A DNA stretch of 64,000 nt from a virus, in IMG/VR virus record IMGVR_UViG_3300002026_002465, positions 32,001 to 96,000 of that record; one strand, 5' to 3'. A model generated the notes under the pieces. The model did not search any database. It worked only from the letters and a program-made list of their open reading frames with translations, and was not told where the DNA came from. Positions within the stretch are counted from its first letter, which is position 1. Each line of letters opens with the position of its first letter. Below are positions 1 to 7,031 of the stretch, piece by piece. The position numbers were made by a program, and so were the translations under genes.

Positions 1-2
1 AT

Positions 3-221
3 ATTGAGTTTTCTGGTATTGATGTATTCCAATTTATAAAAGAAATAAAAGAAAAAGATATATATAAAAGCACACCTATACTTATTACTTCTAAAGATCA
101 ACACTCTTTTGAGTTGCAGAATCTTTCTTTTGCAAGGCTTATTGATGGGTGGTTAATGAAACCTTTTGATGAAAAAGTATTGATGCTTTTAGTTAAAACA
201 TATTTAGGTGGAGGTGTTTAA
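3..221 (+). CDS. CheY-like receiver domain protein, 5' truncated by window edge
   Basis: Own translation: (D)IEFSGIDVFQFIKEIKEKDIYKSTPILITSK...GWLMKPFDEKVLMLLVKTYLGGGV*, matching the receiver beta4 (ILIT) and beta5 KPF pattern. Confidence 0.7.
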   Translation: MEFSGIDVFQFIKEIKEKDIYKSTPILITSKDQHSFELQNLSFARLIDGWLMKPFDEKVLMLLVKTYLGGGV

Positions 222-231
222 GGTGTATAAT
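203..231 (+). promoter_or_regulatory. sigma70-like promoter TTTAGG-N17-TATAAT
   Basis: Same geometry as four TTTAGA-N16/17-TATAAT sites; ATG 237 follows 5 nt later without SD. Confidence 0.45.
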
Positions 232-236
232 ATAAT

Positions 237-938
237 ATGATTTATATAACAGGTGATACTCATGGTGATTTCTATAGATTTACAACAGATAATTTTCATG
301 ATGGAAAAAATTTGACAAAAAATGATTATATGATAATAACTGGTGATTTTGGTGGAATTTGGGATGTAAATTTTTCAAAATCACAAGAAGATTATTGGTT
401 AAATTGGTTAAATGACAGACCATGGACAACACTTTTTGTTGATGGAAACCATGAAAATTTTAATAGATTAGACAAGTATTCTACCTCTCCAATGTTTGGA
501 GCTGAAGGTGGAAAAATTAAAGATTCAATTTTTCATCTTAAAAGAGGTCAGATTTATACAATAGAAGGATTAAAATTCTTTTCTTTTGGTGGTGGTTTTT
601 CTATTGATAAAATAGAGAGGAAAACTGATATATCATGGTGGGAAAGAGAGATGCCATCTTACAAAGAGTATAATGATGGTCTTGCAAACTTGAAACTTGT
701 TGATAACAAAGTAGATTATATTATAACACACACCTGCTCAATGAAGGCATTTTATGAAATGGCCAGCAAGTATGACATGACTCATAAGGTAATTGATGGT
801 GAGACAGTTTTGAGAAAATACTTTAATGAGGTAGAGTATACAATTGAGTATAAAAAGTGGTATTGTGGTCATTTTCATATTCAAGATGTTTTTCAAAAAG
901 TAGAGTTCTTGTATAAGAACATAGTAAAGATAGTTTAG
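237..938 (+). CDS. Calcineurin-like metallophosphoesterase
   Basis: Motifs GDTHG, GDFG, DGNHE, THT, GHFH. Confidence 0.9.
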   Translation: MIYITGDTHGDFYRFTTDNFHDGKNLTKNDYMIITGDFGGIWDVNFSKSQEDYWLNWLNDRPWTTLFVDGNHENFNRLDKYSTSPMFGAEGGKIKDSIFHLKRGQIYTIEGLKFFSFGGGFSIDKIERKTDISWWEREMPSYKEYNDGLANLKLVDNKVDYIITHTCSMKAFYEMASKYDMTHKVIDGETVLRKYFNEVEYTIEYKKWYCGHFHIQDVFQKVEFLYKNIVKIV

Positions 939-944
939 GTAATT

Positions 945-1121
945 ATGAGCATCAAAAAAGAAGTTATTAAGACACTTATGGAACAAGCTAGAAATGATAT
1001 TTCTTTAGGTAATATTGTTGAAATGAGTCAAAAAGAAGCTGATGATATGAATGACAAGTGTCTTAAAAAAGCTATTAAAAGACTAAAAATGCAATTGGAA
1101 AGCATATATAGATATACATAG
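945..1121 (+). CDS. Small hypothetical protein (58 aa)
   Basis: Own translation MSIKKEVIKTLMEQARNDISLGN...ESIYRYT*; in frame with upstream TAG. Confidence 0.5.
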   Translation: MSIKKEVIKTLMEQARNDISLGNIVEMSQKEADDMNDKCLKKAIKRLKMQLESIYRYT

Positions 1122-1147
1122 TGCAACGCTATGTTTATCTCATCAGT

Positions 1148-1196
1148 TTCCCTTAGAGGGGTCATTAAATCCCACCTCGACTTACCTCTAAGGGAA
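1148..1196 (+). other. Long GC-rich hairpin (12-bp stem TTCCCTTAGAGG/CCTCTAAGGGAA) followed by a T-run
   Basis: Perfect inverted repeat seen directly; terminator or structured leader. Confidence 0.6.
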
Positions 1197-1219
1197 CATT
1201 TTTTAAAAAGGAGGAATAC

Positions 1220-1243
1220 ATGCTGTAGACATTACCACCCTAA
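1220..1243 (+). other. SD-led minigene ATG CTG TAG (M-L-amber), extendable to ML*TLPP-TAA
   Basis: AAGGAGG at 1208-1214, ATG 1220, TAG 1226-1228, TAA 1241-1243. Confidence 0.35.
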
Positions 1244-1294
1244 TCTCAAAGTATTAATTCGACCAAAAAACAAATTAATATTAGGAGATAAATT

Positions 1295-1675
1295 ATGAAC
1301 GAAATGAAACGAGAAATCAAGTCCCTAGCTCAGGAAATCAAATCAACAAAATTACAGTTTAAAGCATCTCAGAGAGAAGTATCAAAAATATGGTTAGAGA
1401 ATAACTTTAATTCTAATACTTGGTATAACAAACCTGAGACATATCATTTAATTGAAAATTCACTTAGGTTAATGTGTTCAAAACAAAATGAAGTATATAA
1501 CTTGAAAAAAGAATACAGGTTAAAACACATTATTTATTCAATGCTTAGAGGAAAAACAATTTCTCAAATAGAGAATAAAACAAGTGATGACAAGTATCAA
1601 ACTATTCTTAGAACCAATCTATACAATGAAGTTAAAAAAATATTATTAAAGCTTGAAAAAGAGTGGTTAGAATAA
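1295..1675 (+). CDS. Hypothetical phage protein
   Basis: SD AGGAG, 126-aa ORF with RLKHIIYSMLRG motif typical of an uncharacterised phage family. Confidence 0.75.
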   Translation: MNEMKREIKSLAQEIKSTKLQFKASQREVSKIWLENNFNSNTWYNKPETYHLIENSLRLMCSKQNEVYNLKKEYRLKHIIYSMLRGKTISQIENKTSDDKYQTILRTNLYNEVKKILLKLEKEWLE

Positions 1676-1687
1676 GCATACATTATT

Positions 1688-1713
1688 ATGTCCAGCAATG
1701 CTGGACATTATTT
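1688..1713 (+). terminator. Intrinsic terminator-like hairpin
   Basis: ATGTCCAGC-AAT-GCTGGACAT followed by TATTT. Confidence 0.6.
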
Positions 1714-1784
1714 GCTTCTATAGCTTAAAGGTAAAGCAGGAGTCTCTAAAACTCTTTATCTCAGTTCGATTCTGAGTAGTAGCA
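1714..1784 (+). tRNA. tRNA-Sup, anticodon CUA (amber suppressor)
   Basis: Acceptor GCTTCTA/TAGTAGC (one U-U), D stem GCTT/AAGC with GG loop, anticodon stem GGAGT/ACTCT with loop CT-CTA-AA, T stem CTCAG/CTGAG with TTCGATT, discriminator A, no CCA. Confidence 0.85.
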
Positions 1785-1785
1785 T

Positions 1786-1959
1786 ATGAGTAAATCTTGT
1801 AGTGGTTGTAAACATTTAAGTGTCTATTCTTCAGGTAAGTTTTTCTGTGGTAATGCACAAAAAGCTTATGATTCTGGAGTTGAATTTTTTGGTGATAGTC
1901 CTGGTTTATTTCGAATAAACAAATTAACAGACGTGCATTGTTCAGTATATGAAAAATGA
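1786..1959 (+). CDS. Small Cys-rich hypothetical protein (57 aa)
   Basis: Own translation MSKSCSGCKHL...FCGNA...HCSVYEK*. Confidence 0.5.
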   Translation: MSKSCSGCKHLSVYSSGKFFCGNAQKAYDSGVEFFGDSPGLFRINKLTDVHCSVYEK

Positions 1960-2017
1960 TGATAAATATAATATTATTTAAAGATATTTTATATTAATAA
2001 AATGGAGGAATAATATT

Positions 2018-2404
2018 ATGGTTGATAAAGCAATTTTGTGTGTTGATGATGAAGCTATACTTTTAATGGCACTTACTTATGAACTTAGAAAAAATTTTGG
2101 AGATACATTCATTTATGAAAAAGCTATAAATGCTGACGAGGCCTTTGGAATAATTGAGGATATTAAAAAAGAAGGAATTCCCCTTATTATGATAATATCT
2201 GATTGGTTAATGCCAGGAATTAAAGGAGATGAATTCCTTGAAATTATTCATGAAAAATATCCTGAAATTAAAGCTATAATGATAACAGGTCATGCTGACC
2301 TTGAATCACTTGAAAAAGTTAAAGCAAACCAATCAGTAATAGGCATACTTAAAAAACCATGGGATGCTCTTGAATTAAAGAATTTAATTAGTAGTATAAT
2401 ATAG
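2018..2404 (+). CDS. Stand-alone response regulator receiver domain
   Basis: VDDE, ISDWLMP (phospho-Asp), ITGH, KKPW all intact. Confidence 0.9.
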   Translation: MVDKAILCVDDEAILLMALTYELRKNFGDTFIYEKAINADEAFGIIEDIKKEGIPLIMIISDWLMPGIKGDEFLEIIHEKYPEIKAIMITGHADLESLEKVKANQSVIGILKKPWDALELKNLISSII

Positions 2405-2413
2405 GAGTTTCAA

Positions 2414-2686
2414 TTGATTTATGTTTATAGGTTTGATTGTAAGAAAGGATGTAAAATAGATTGTAAGATGGAGACTGATATTAAAGATGTTTCTAAATTA
2501 CTTAAAATGACATGTCCTGTGTGTGGTGCGAGAATATATAAGAATGATGAAAAGACAACTATTATTAATCCAAAACTTAAAACAAAACAAAGTAAAACAG
2601 AAGAAAAAGAACAAGAAATAGAAAAAAGATTGATTCATAAAGAGAAAAACAAAAAGATAAAAGAGAAAGGAGCTTCTGTAGTATAG
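2414..2686 (+). CDS. Zinc-ribbon hypothetical protein
   Basis: CxxxC and CPVC pairs; TTG start after TAGGAG; 3' end overlaps tRNA. Confidence 0.65.
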   Translation: MIYVYRFDCKKGCKIDCKMETDIKDVSKLLKMTCPVCGARIYKNDEKTTIINPKLKTKQSKTEEKEQEIEKRLIHKEKNKKIKEKGASVV

Positions 2687-2743
2687 CGGATAGTATACAA
2701 GATTGCGAATCTTGTGGTGGTAGTTCGACTCTACCCAGAAGCA
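2672..2743 (+). tRNA. tRNA-Arg, anticodon GCG
   Basis: Acceptor GCTTCTG/CAGAAGC, D loop with GG-A20, anticodon stem CAAGA/TCTTG loop TT-GCG-AA, T stem GGTAG/CTACC with TTCGACT. Confidence 0.9.
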
Positions 2744-2750
2744 TAAAAAT

Positions 2751-3068
2751 ATGGAATATATAAGTCAAGAAGAAATATATAAACTAAATCAATCTCATAT
2801 AACAAAAGAAGAAAGAAAACTTCTTTATATTTTAAAGCTATTCAAGTTAAATAAACCAGACCATTATGAGGTATTCAAAAAGTCACTATCTCAACAAGAA
2901 ATTGAATATATAGAAGATCTTATATTCAAAAGAGAAGGAGAAGATACAATAGAAACATTGGGTGTTCATGATTTAAATGCAACCATAATGAAAAAAGTTG
3001 AAAGAGCTATTGGTGTAATTGATCAAAAATTATTAACAGATTTTAGAATAATTATATGGGAATCTTAA
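2751..3068 (+). CDS. Hypothetical protein
   Basis: 105-aa ORF filling the gap, no recognisable motif. Confidence 0.6.
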   Translation: MEYISQEEIYKLNQSHITKEERKLLYILKLFKLNKPDHYEVFKKSLSQQEIEYIEDLIFKREGEDTIETLGVHDLNATIMKKVERAIGVIDQKLLTDFRIIIWES

Positions 3069-3097
3069 TTTAGATTTTACATATCATGTAGTATAAT
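3069..3097 (+). promoter_or_regulatory. sigma70-like promoter TTTAGA-N17-TATAAT
   Basis: Direct sequence, upstream of HNH gene. Confidence 0.55.
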
Positions 3098-3120
3098 AAG
3101 ACCATGAAAAGGAGGAAATC

Positions 3121-3753
3121 ATGGAAGCCATTCTTCAGAATCAAGTATTGAAATTGAACAAAAACTATCAGCCCCTTGAAATTATCACAGCAAAAGAAGC
3201 ATTTTCTCTCCTTTGGAGTGAAATTGCAGAGGTTGTTACGGTAGAAGATGGGTCATATGCAAATCATACATTTGATTCATGGGCTGAAATATCTGAGCTT
3301 AAAGAAATGCTTGGTGATTGGACTGACCTTGATGAATGGATCCATACTCCTTCTTTAACTCTTGAAGTTCCTAGAGTTATTCGTGTTTTGACATTTAGTG
3401 ATATTCCAAAATTTGGACTCAAACTTACAAGAAAGAATATTTATTTTAGAGATGGAAATGTTTGTCAGTATTGTGGTAAAAAGTTTTCTACGATTGATCT
3501 TAATATTGATCATGTTATTCCAAAATCCCAAGGTGGAAAAAACACTTGGGAAAATTTAGCATGTTCTTGTATTAAATGTAATCAAAAAAAGAAAAACAGA
3601 ACACCAGAAGAAGCAAACATGAAATTGATAACCATACCTGTAAAGCCAAAACACAACCCTCATTTGACGGTTCATATTGGACATGAAAAATATTCCTCTT
3701 GGAAGAATTTTATTTCTGAAATATATTGGACAGTTGAACTTGATCAGAGTTAA
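3121..3753 (+). CDS. HNH endonuclease (McrA-like, type often found beside rtcB)
   Basis: VLKLNKNYQP N-terminus, RDGNVCQYCG, DHVIPKSQGG, ACSCIKCNQKK. Confidence 0.9.
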   Translation: MEAILQNQVLKLNKNYQPLEIITAKEAFSLLWSEIAEVVTVEDGSYANHTFDSWAEISELKEMLGDWTDLDEWIHTPSLTLEVPRVIRVLTFSDIPKFGLKLTRKNIYFRDGNVCQYCGKKFSTIDLNIDHVIPKSQGGKNTWENLACSCIKCNQKKKNRTPEEANMKLITIPVKPKHNPHLTVHIGHEKYSSWKNFISEIYWTVELDQS

Positions 3754-3810
3754 ACTTCAGAAATAAAACGTATTTAAGACACTTTTTGACTATTTTATAT
3801 AAATCATGAT

Positions 3811-3939
3811 ATGAAGTTAATAATAGAATATGATGAAAAATATCATAATTCACCTCAGCAAAAAGAAAGAGATGAAATAAGACAACAAGAAATACAAGAA
3901 TTATATTCTGATTATAAGTTTAGAAGAATTAAAGATTAA
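3811..3939 (+). pseudogene. C-terminal remnant of a Vsr-like (EDxHD-type) homing endonuclease
   Basis: Own translation MKLIIEYDEKYHNSPQQKERDEIRQQEIQELYSDYKFRRIKD*; upstream FDY in a shifted frame, then stops. Confidence 0.5.
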
Positions 3940-3943
3940 TAAG

Positions 3944-3968
3944 AGAGGCCGAAAGGCCTCTTTTTTTT
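3944..3968 (+). terminator. Intrinsic terminator
   Basis: AGAGGCC-GAAA-GGCCTCT plus T-run. Confidence 0.9.
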
Positions 3969-3978
3969 GCATATATAG
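3969..3978 (+). promoter_or_regulatory. GCATATATAG motif (exact copies also at 1102, 12269, 20813, 27930)
   Basis: Exact 10-mer recurring in intergenic positions, three times 3-4 nt before an SD-less ATG. Confidence 0.6.
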
Positions 3979-3981
3979 AAT

Positions 3982-4374
3982 ATGGAGTATTTATATATAA
4001 ATAGAATATTAACTGTTTTTAATGAACTCGGGTTTAATTATTTCCATATGAATGTTGCACACACTATTTTATTAAAAACAGAACCAGATATTACACAAAA
4101 TGCAGTTTTTAAGAGTTTTCAAAGAGCAAGATGTGATAAATATGTAACTGAGTTGTCATACATTGATAAATATAGAATTGAAGATTTTTATAAACTTTCT
4201 ACACCTCTAAAAAGTAGAGGTGTTTGGTATTTTCAACCGAATAATTTGAATAATATTATAACAAGGTTTCCAAACTGTGTAAAAGAAGAAGACTTCCCAA
4301 GATATGCTAAATACTTATTAAATAATGAAAGCGAAATAAAAAGAAAACTATTAACACACTATCATACAAGATAA
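3982..4374 (+). CDS. Hypothetical protein
   Basis: 130-aa ORF. Confidence 0.65.
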   Translation: MEYLYINRILTVFNELGFNYFHMNVAHTILLKTEPDITQNAVFKSFQRARCDKYVTELSYIDKYRIEDFYKLSTPLKSRGVWYFQPNNLNNIITRFPNCVKEEDFPRYAKYLLNNESEIKRKLLTHYHTR

Positions 4375-4378
4375 TAGT

Positions 4379-4747
4379 ATGGAAGATCAATCATGGACTG
4401 GATGTCCAAAATGTGGATATACTTTAGCAACTGAAAGTTTCTCATCTAATGGAGAAGCCTCTATACAATGTTATCTATGTTCTTTTTATGAAGACTTTTC
4501 AGATATACAAGTAGGATATTATGATTCTAAAGAAGAAAAAGAAGACTATGAAAAAGAATTACAAAAAAATAACCACACACCATCTAAAGAACAATTAATG
4601 GCTGCAAAAAAAATAACAAGAACATTATCTAGTTTAAATGTTAAAATAAATAAAGATGATCTTATTCAAGTTATTGAAACTTCTGTTATAAATGGAGTTG
4701 CTGATATAAATATATTTTGTAAAGAAATGGTAAAAATTATTATATGA
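4379..4747 (+). CDS. Hypothetical protein with N-terminal Zn finger
   Basis: CPKC...CYLC. Confidence 0.65.
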   Translation: MEDQSWTGCPKCGYTLATESFSSNGEASIQCYLCSFYEDFSDIQVGYYDSKEEKEDYEKELQKNNHTPSKEQLMAAKKITRTLSSLNVKINKDDLIQVIETSVINGVADINIFCKEMVKIII

Positions 4748-5034
4748 AATTAATACCTGAATATTCTTGGCAAGATTTTGAATTATATAAAATTACAAGA
4801 TATATGATATGTGTGTTTGAAACAGATATATTAAATCAAGAATATTATATAATATATAATAATGATAACAAATTAGCTGGCGTTTTTATTACTAAAGCTG
4901 GATTTGAACAAATTTGGTTTTTAAAAACACAGAAAATGCAACAACAAGCAATTAAACATTGTATTAAAATAATATTTGAAGAAGGTAATGGATCTGTTGA
5001 ATTTAGATTCATAAAAGAAATATATGAAAGCTGA
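4744..5034 (+). CDS. Small orphan, C-terminal IF-motif family
   Basis: ...KHCIKIIFEE. Confidence 0.6.
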   Translation: MKLIPEYSWQDFELYKITRYMICVFETDILNQEYYIIYNNDNKLAGVFITKAGFEQIWFLKTQKMQQQAIKHCIKIIFEEGNGSVEFRFIKEIYES

Positions 5035-5221
5035 ATGTGAATTATTCCCAGATTGTAAATTTGCTAAAGAGTATATTCAAGATGAAAAATCCCCATGGTA
5101 TATAAAATTCTGTAATGGTGATTTTAAATCATGTAAAAGGCATATTTATTGTTGTAATAGGTTTAAAACAGGTGGTAAATCACTCCCTGTTAATTTTGCA
5201 CCAACAGGATCATTATTTTGA
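5024..5221 (+). CDS. Small Cys-rich protein
   Basis: CxxxxxC...FCxGDFxSCxRH...LPxNFxP. Confidence 0.6.
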   Translation: MKAECELFPDCKFAKEYIQDEKSPWYIKFCNGDFKSCKRHIYCCNRFKTGGKSLPVNFAPTGSLF

Positions 5222-5445
5222 ATAAATGGAAAAATATAAATAAAATAAAACAACAGTCTTGCATGTCAATAATGTCAATAATGGCAAAATCAAACAATAT
5301 GAAAGTTGATGATTATGTTTCATTTAGGTTGGCTTTAGAGTTGTTAAAAGGGGTAAATAATGGCAGAGAAAATGAAAACTTTAGTAGCTTTAATTCTGGA
5401 CAAATCAGGATCCATGCAGCATATTACACAGTATGCTATAAATAA
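5218..5445 (+). CDS. Hypothetical protein (3' part overlaps vWA gene)
   Basis: ORF track; TTG start coupled to upstream stop. Confidence 0.4.
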   Translation: MNKWKNINKIKQQSCMSIMSIMAKSNNMKVDDYVSFRLALELLKGVNNGRENENFSSFNSGQIRIHAAYYTVCYK

Positions 5446-6058
5446 TTTTAATGAACAACTTCAAACATTAAAAGAACAAAGTAATTCACCAGAGATAAAG
5501 GCAAAGAAGGTTTTACTTGCAGCAGATCCTAACGATGTAGAAGATGGAATTGAAACAAAGGTTTCAATTGTTTTATTTAATCACAGTATTGACACCATCC
5601 TTTTTGATGCTAATATTGATAATGTTTCTGAGATAACAGAAAATGAATATATGCCATCAGGCAACACTGCTTTGTTTGATGCAATTGGTGCTACTATTGA
5701 TAAATTTCTTGGGCACTATGATTTAACAGATCCAAACATTGGGGTGTTGTTTGTTATTATAACAGATGGTCAAGAAAATAGTTCCAAGAATTATTCTGGC
5801 AAAGAAGGTTCTAAGAGGTTAAAGAGTGTTATAGAAGAATTAAAGGCCACTGGTAAGTGGACATTTACATTTCTAGGAACATCTGATGCTCTAGATCAAG
5901 CTGAAGAAATTGGAATTAATAATAGAATGGCATTTGAAGCATCTGATATTGGTCTTAAGACTATGTCAGTTGCACAAAATGAAGCGACCGCTCATTATTA
6001 TAGTGCAAGGAGAATGAATAAATCTACAAGTGTTGAAGATTTTTATTCATCAAAATAA
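5360..6058 (+). CDS. Stand-alone vWA domain protein
   Basis: MIDAS ILDKSGSM, GNTALFDAIG, ITDGQENSS. Confidence 0.9.
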   Translation: MAEKMKTLVALILDKSGSMQHITQYAINNFNEQLQTLKEQSNSPEIKAKKVLLAADPNDVEDGIETKVSIVLFNHSIDTILFDANIDNVSEITENEYMPSGNTALFDAIGATIDKFLGHYDLTDPNIGVLFVIITDGQENSSKNYSGKEGSKRLKSVIEELKATGKWTFTFLGTSDALDQAEEIGINNRMAFEASDIGLKTMSVAQNEATAHYYSARRMNKSTSVEDFYSSK

Positions 6059-6074
6059 ATTATTCTTTTTAATT

Positions 6075-6103
6075 AAAGACACCTTTTTTAGGTGTCTTTT
6101 TTT
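6075..6103 (+). terminator. Intrinsic terminator
   Basis: AAAGACACC/GGTGTCTTT plus T-run. Confidence 0.85.
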
Positions 6104-6156
6104 ATTTTTCTTGTTATTTATCATAAGATAGTTTTAATAATGGAGGAACTACTTAT

Positions 6157-6321
6157 ATGATTATAACAAACAACCTGAAGCGTTATCTGAAATTGTATAA
6201 AATGAATGAGGAAAATGTTGACAATGATCAAACTGATATTATTGCTGAACAAATGGAAGAACTATATTACAAGTTAGATGAAGATGAACTGGCTTATTTA
6301 GAAGAAAAACAAATTATATAA
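6157..6321 (+). CDS. Small acidic hypothetical protein (54 aa)
   Basis: Own translation MIITNNLKRYLKLYKMNEE...EEKQII*, SD GGAGG, AAGATA motif at 6125. Confidence 0.55.
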   Translation: MIITNNLKRYLKLYKMNEENVDNDQTDIIAEQMEELYYKLDEDELAYLEEKQII

Positions 6322-6385
6322 CATTTTATTGAAAAAATAACAAAGATAATTTAATATAAATACAATCTATAAGGAGATTATTACT

Positions 6386-6973
6386 ATGATGAAAGACTTT
6401 TTAGAAGGACTAGAGGCTAACGCTGGAAAGATTATTTCTGAAGCAGGAGATGCAGGTGCAGAAGGCGGACAAACTTTCGCCGATGTTGCAGTTGGTGCAA
6501 AATGGGGATATATTCCTCAACCAAAGGGAGCAACAATTTCTGATGCTAATACAGGAAAAGCTGGTTTTGGTTCAGTTGGATCAAGCCTTTTGTTCATTAA
6601 AGAACACAGCCCAGATAACTGGGATATTGTTGTTTTCAAGTTTAATAAGGGTGTTGCTATGGGAGCAGCTTCTGATAAAGCTGCTGCCGCTGCTCTTAGA
6701 AAGAGAGGACCTACTGCTGAAGAGGGTGGAGTTAAGAAAGAGGCTAAAGAAATTGCAAGATATATGGCTCTCACAGAATCAATTCTTAATGGCAAACCAA
6801 TGAATGAAGCCGCTGCAAAAGCTGCCAATGTTGAAGGATGGACAGAATTACTTTCTAATACAGATTGGAAGGTATCAAAAACACTCAAGGGATTAAAGTT
6901 CTCAGAACTTCTTGACAAATGTGTTGCTGTTGTAACTCCAAAAGAAGGTGGAGCAAAGTCATTCCTTAATTAA
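6386..6973 (+). CDS. Hypothetical, possibly virion-internal protein
   Basis: SD AAGGAG, high-expression codon bias, LTE/MNE motifs, own terminator. Confidence 0.7.
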   Translation: MMKDFLEGLEANAGKIISEAGDAGAEGGQTFADVAVGAKWGYIPQPKGATISDANTGKAGFGSVGSSLLFIKEHSPDNWDIVVFKFNKGVAMGAASDKAAAAALRKRGPTAEEGGVKKEAKEIARYMALTESILNGKPMNEAAAKAANVEGWTELLSNTDWKVSKTLKGLKFSELLDKCVAVVTPKEGGAKSFLN

Positions 6974-6983
6974 TTAAAATTTT

Positions 6984-7009
6984 AATCCTCCTCGCAAGAG
7001 GAGGATTTT
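6984..7009 (+). terminator. Intrinsic terminator-like hairpin
   Basis: AATCCTCCTC-GCAA-GAGGAGGATT plus TT. Confidence 0.8.
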
Positions 7010-7031
7010 ATATTTTCTTAGGAGAAACAAA

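Noticed and set aside
1714-1784. tRNA-Pyl
   Set aside because: Has standard D-loop GG, TTC T-loop, 5-bp anticodon stem and 2-nt linker, unlike tRNA-Pyl; no pyl genes
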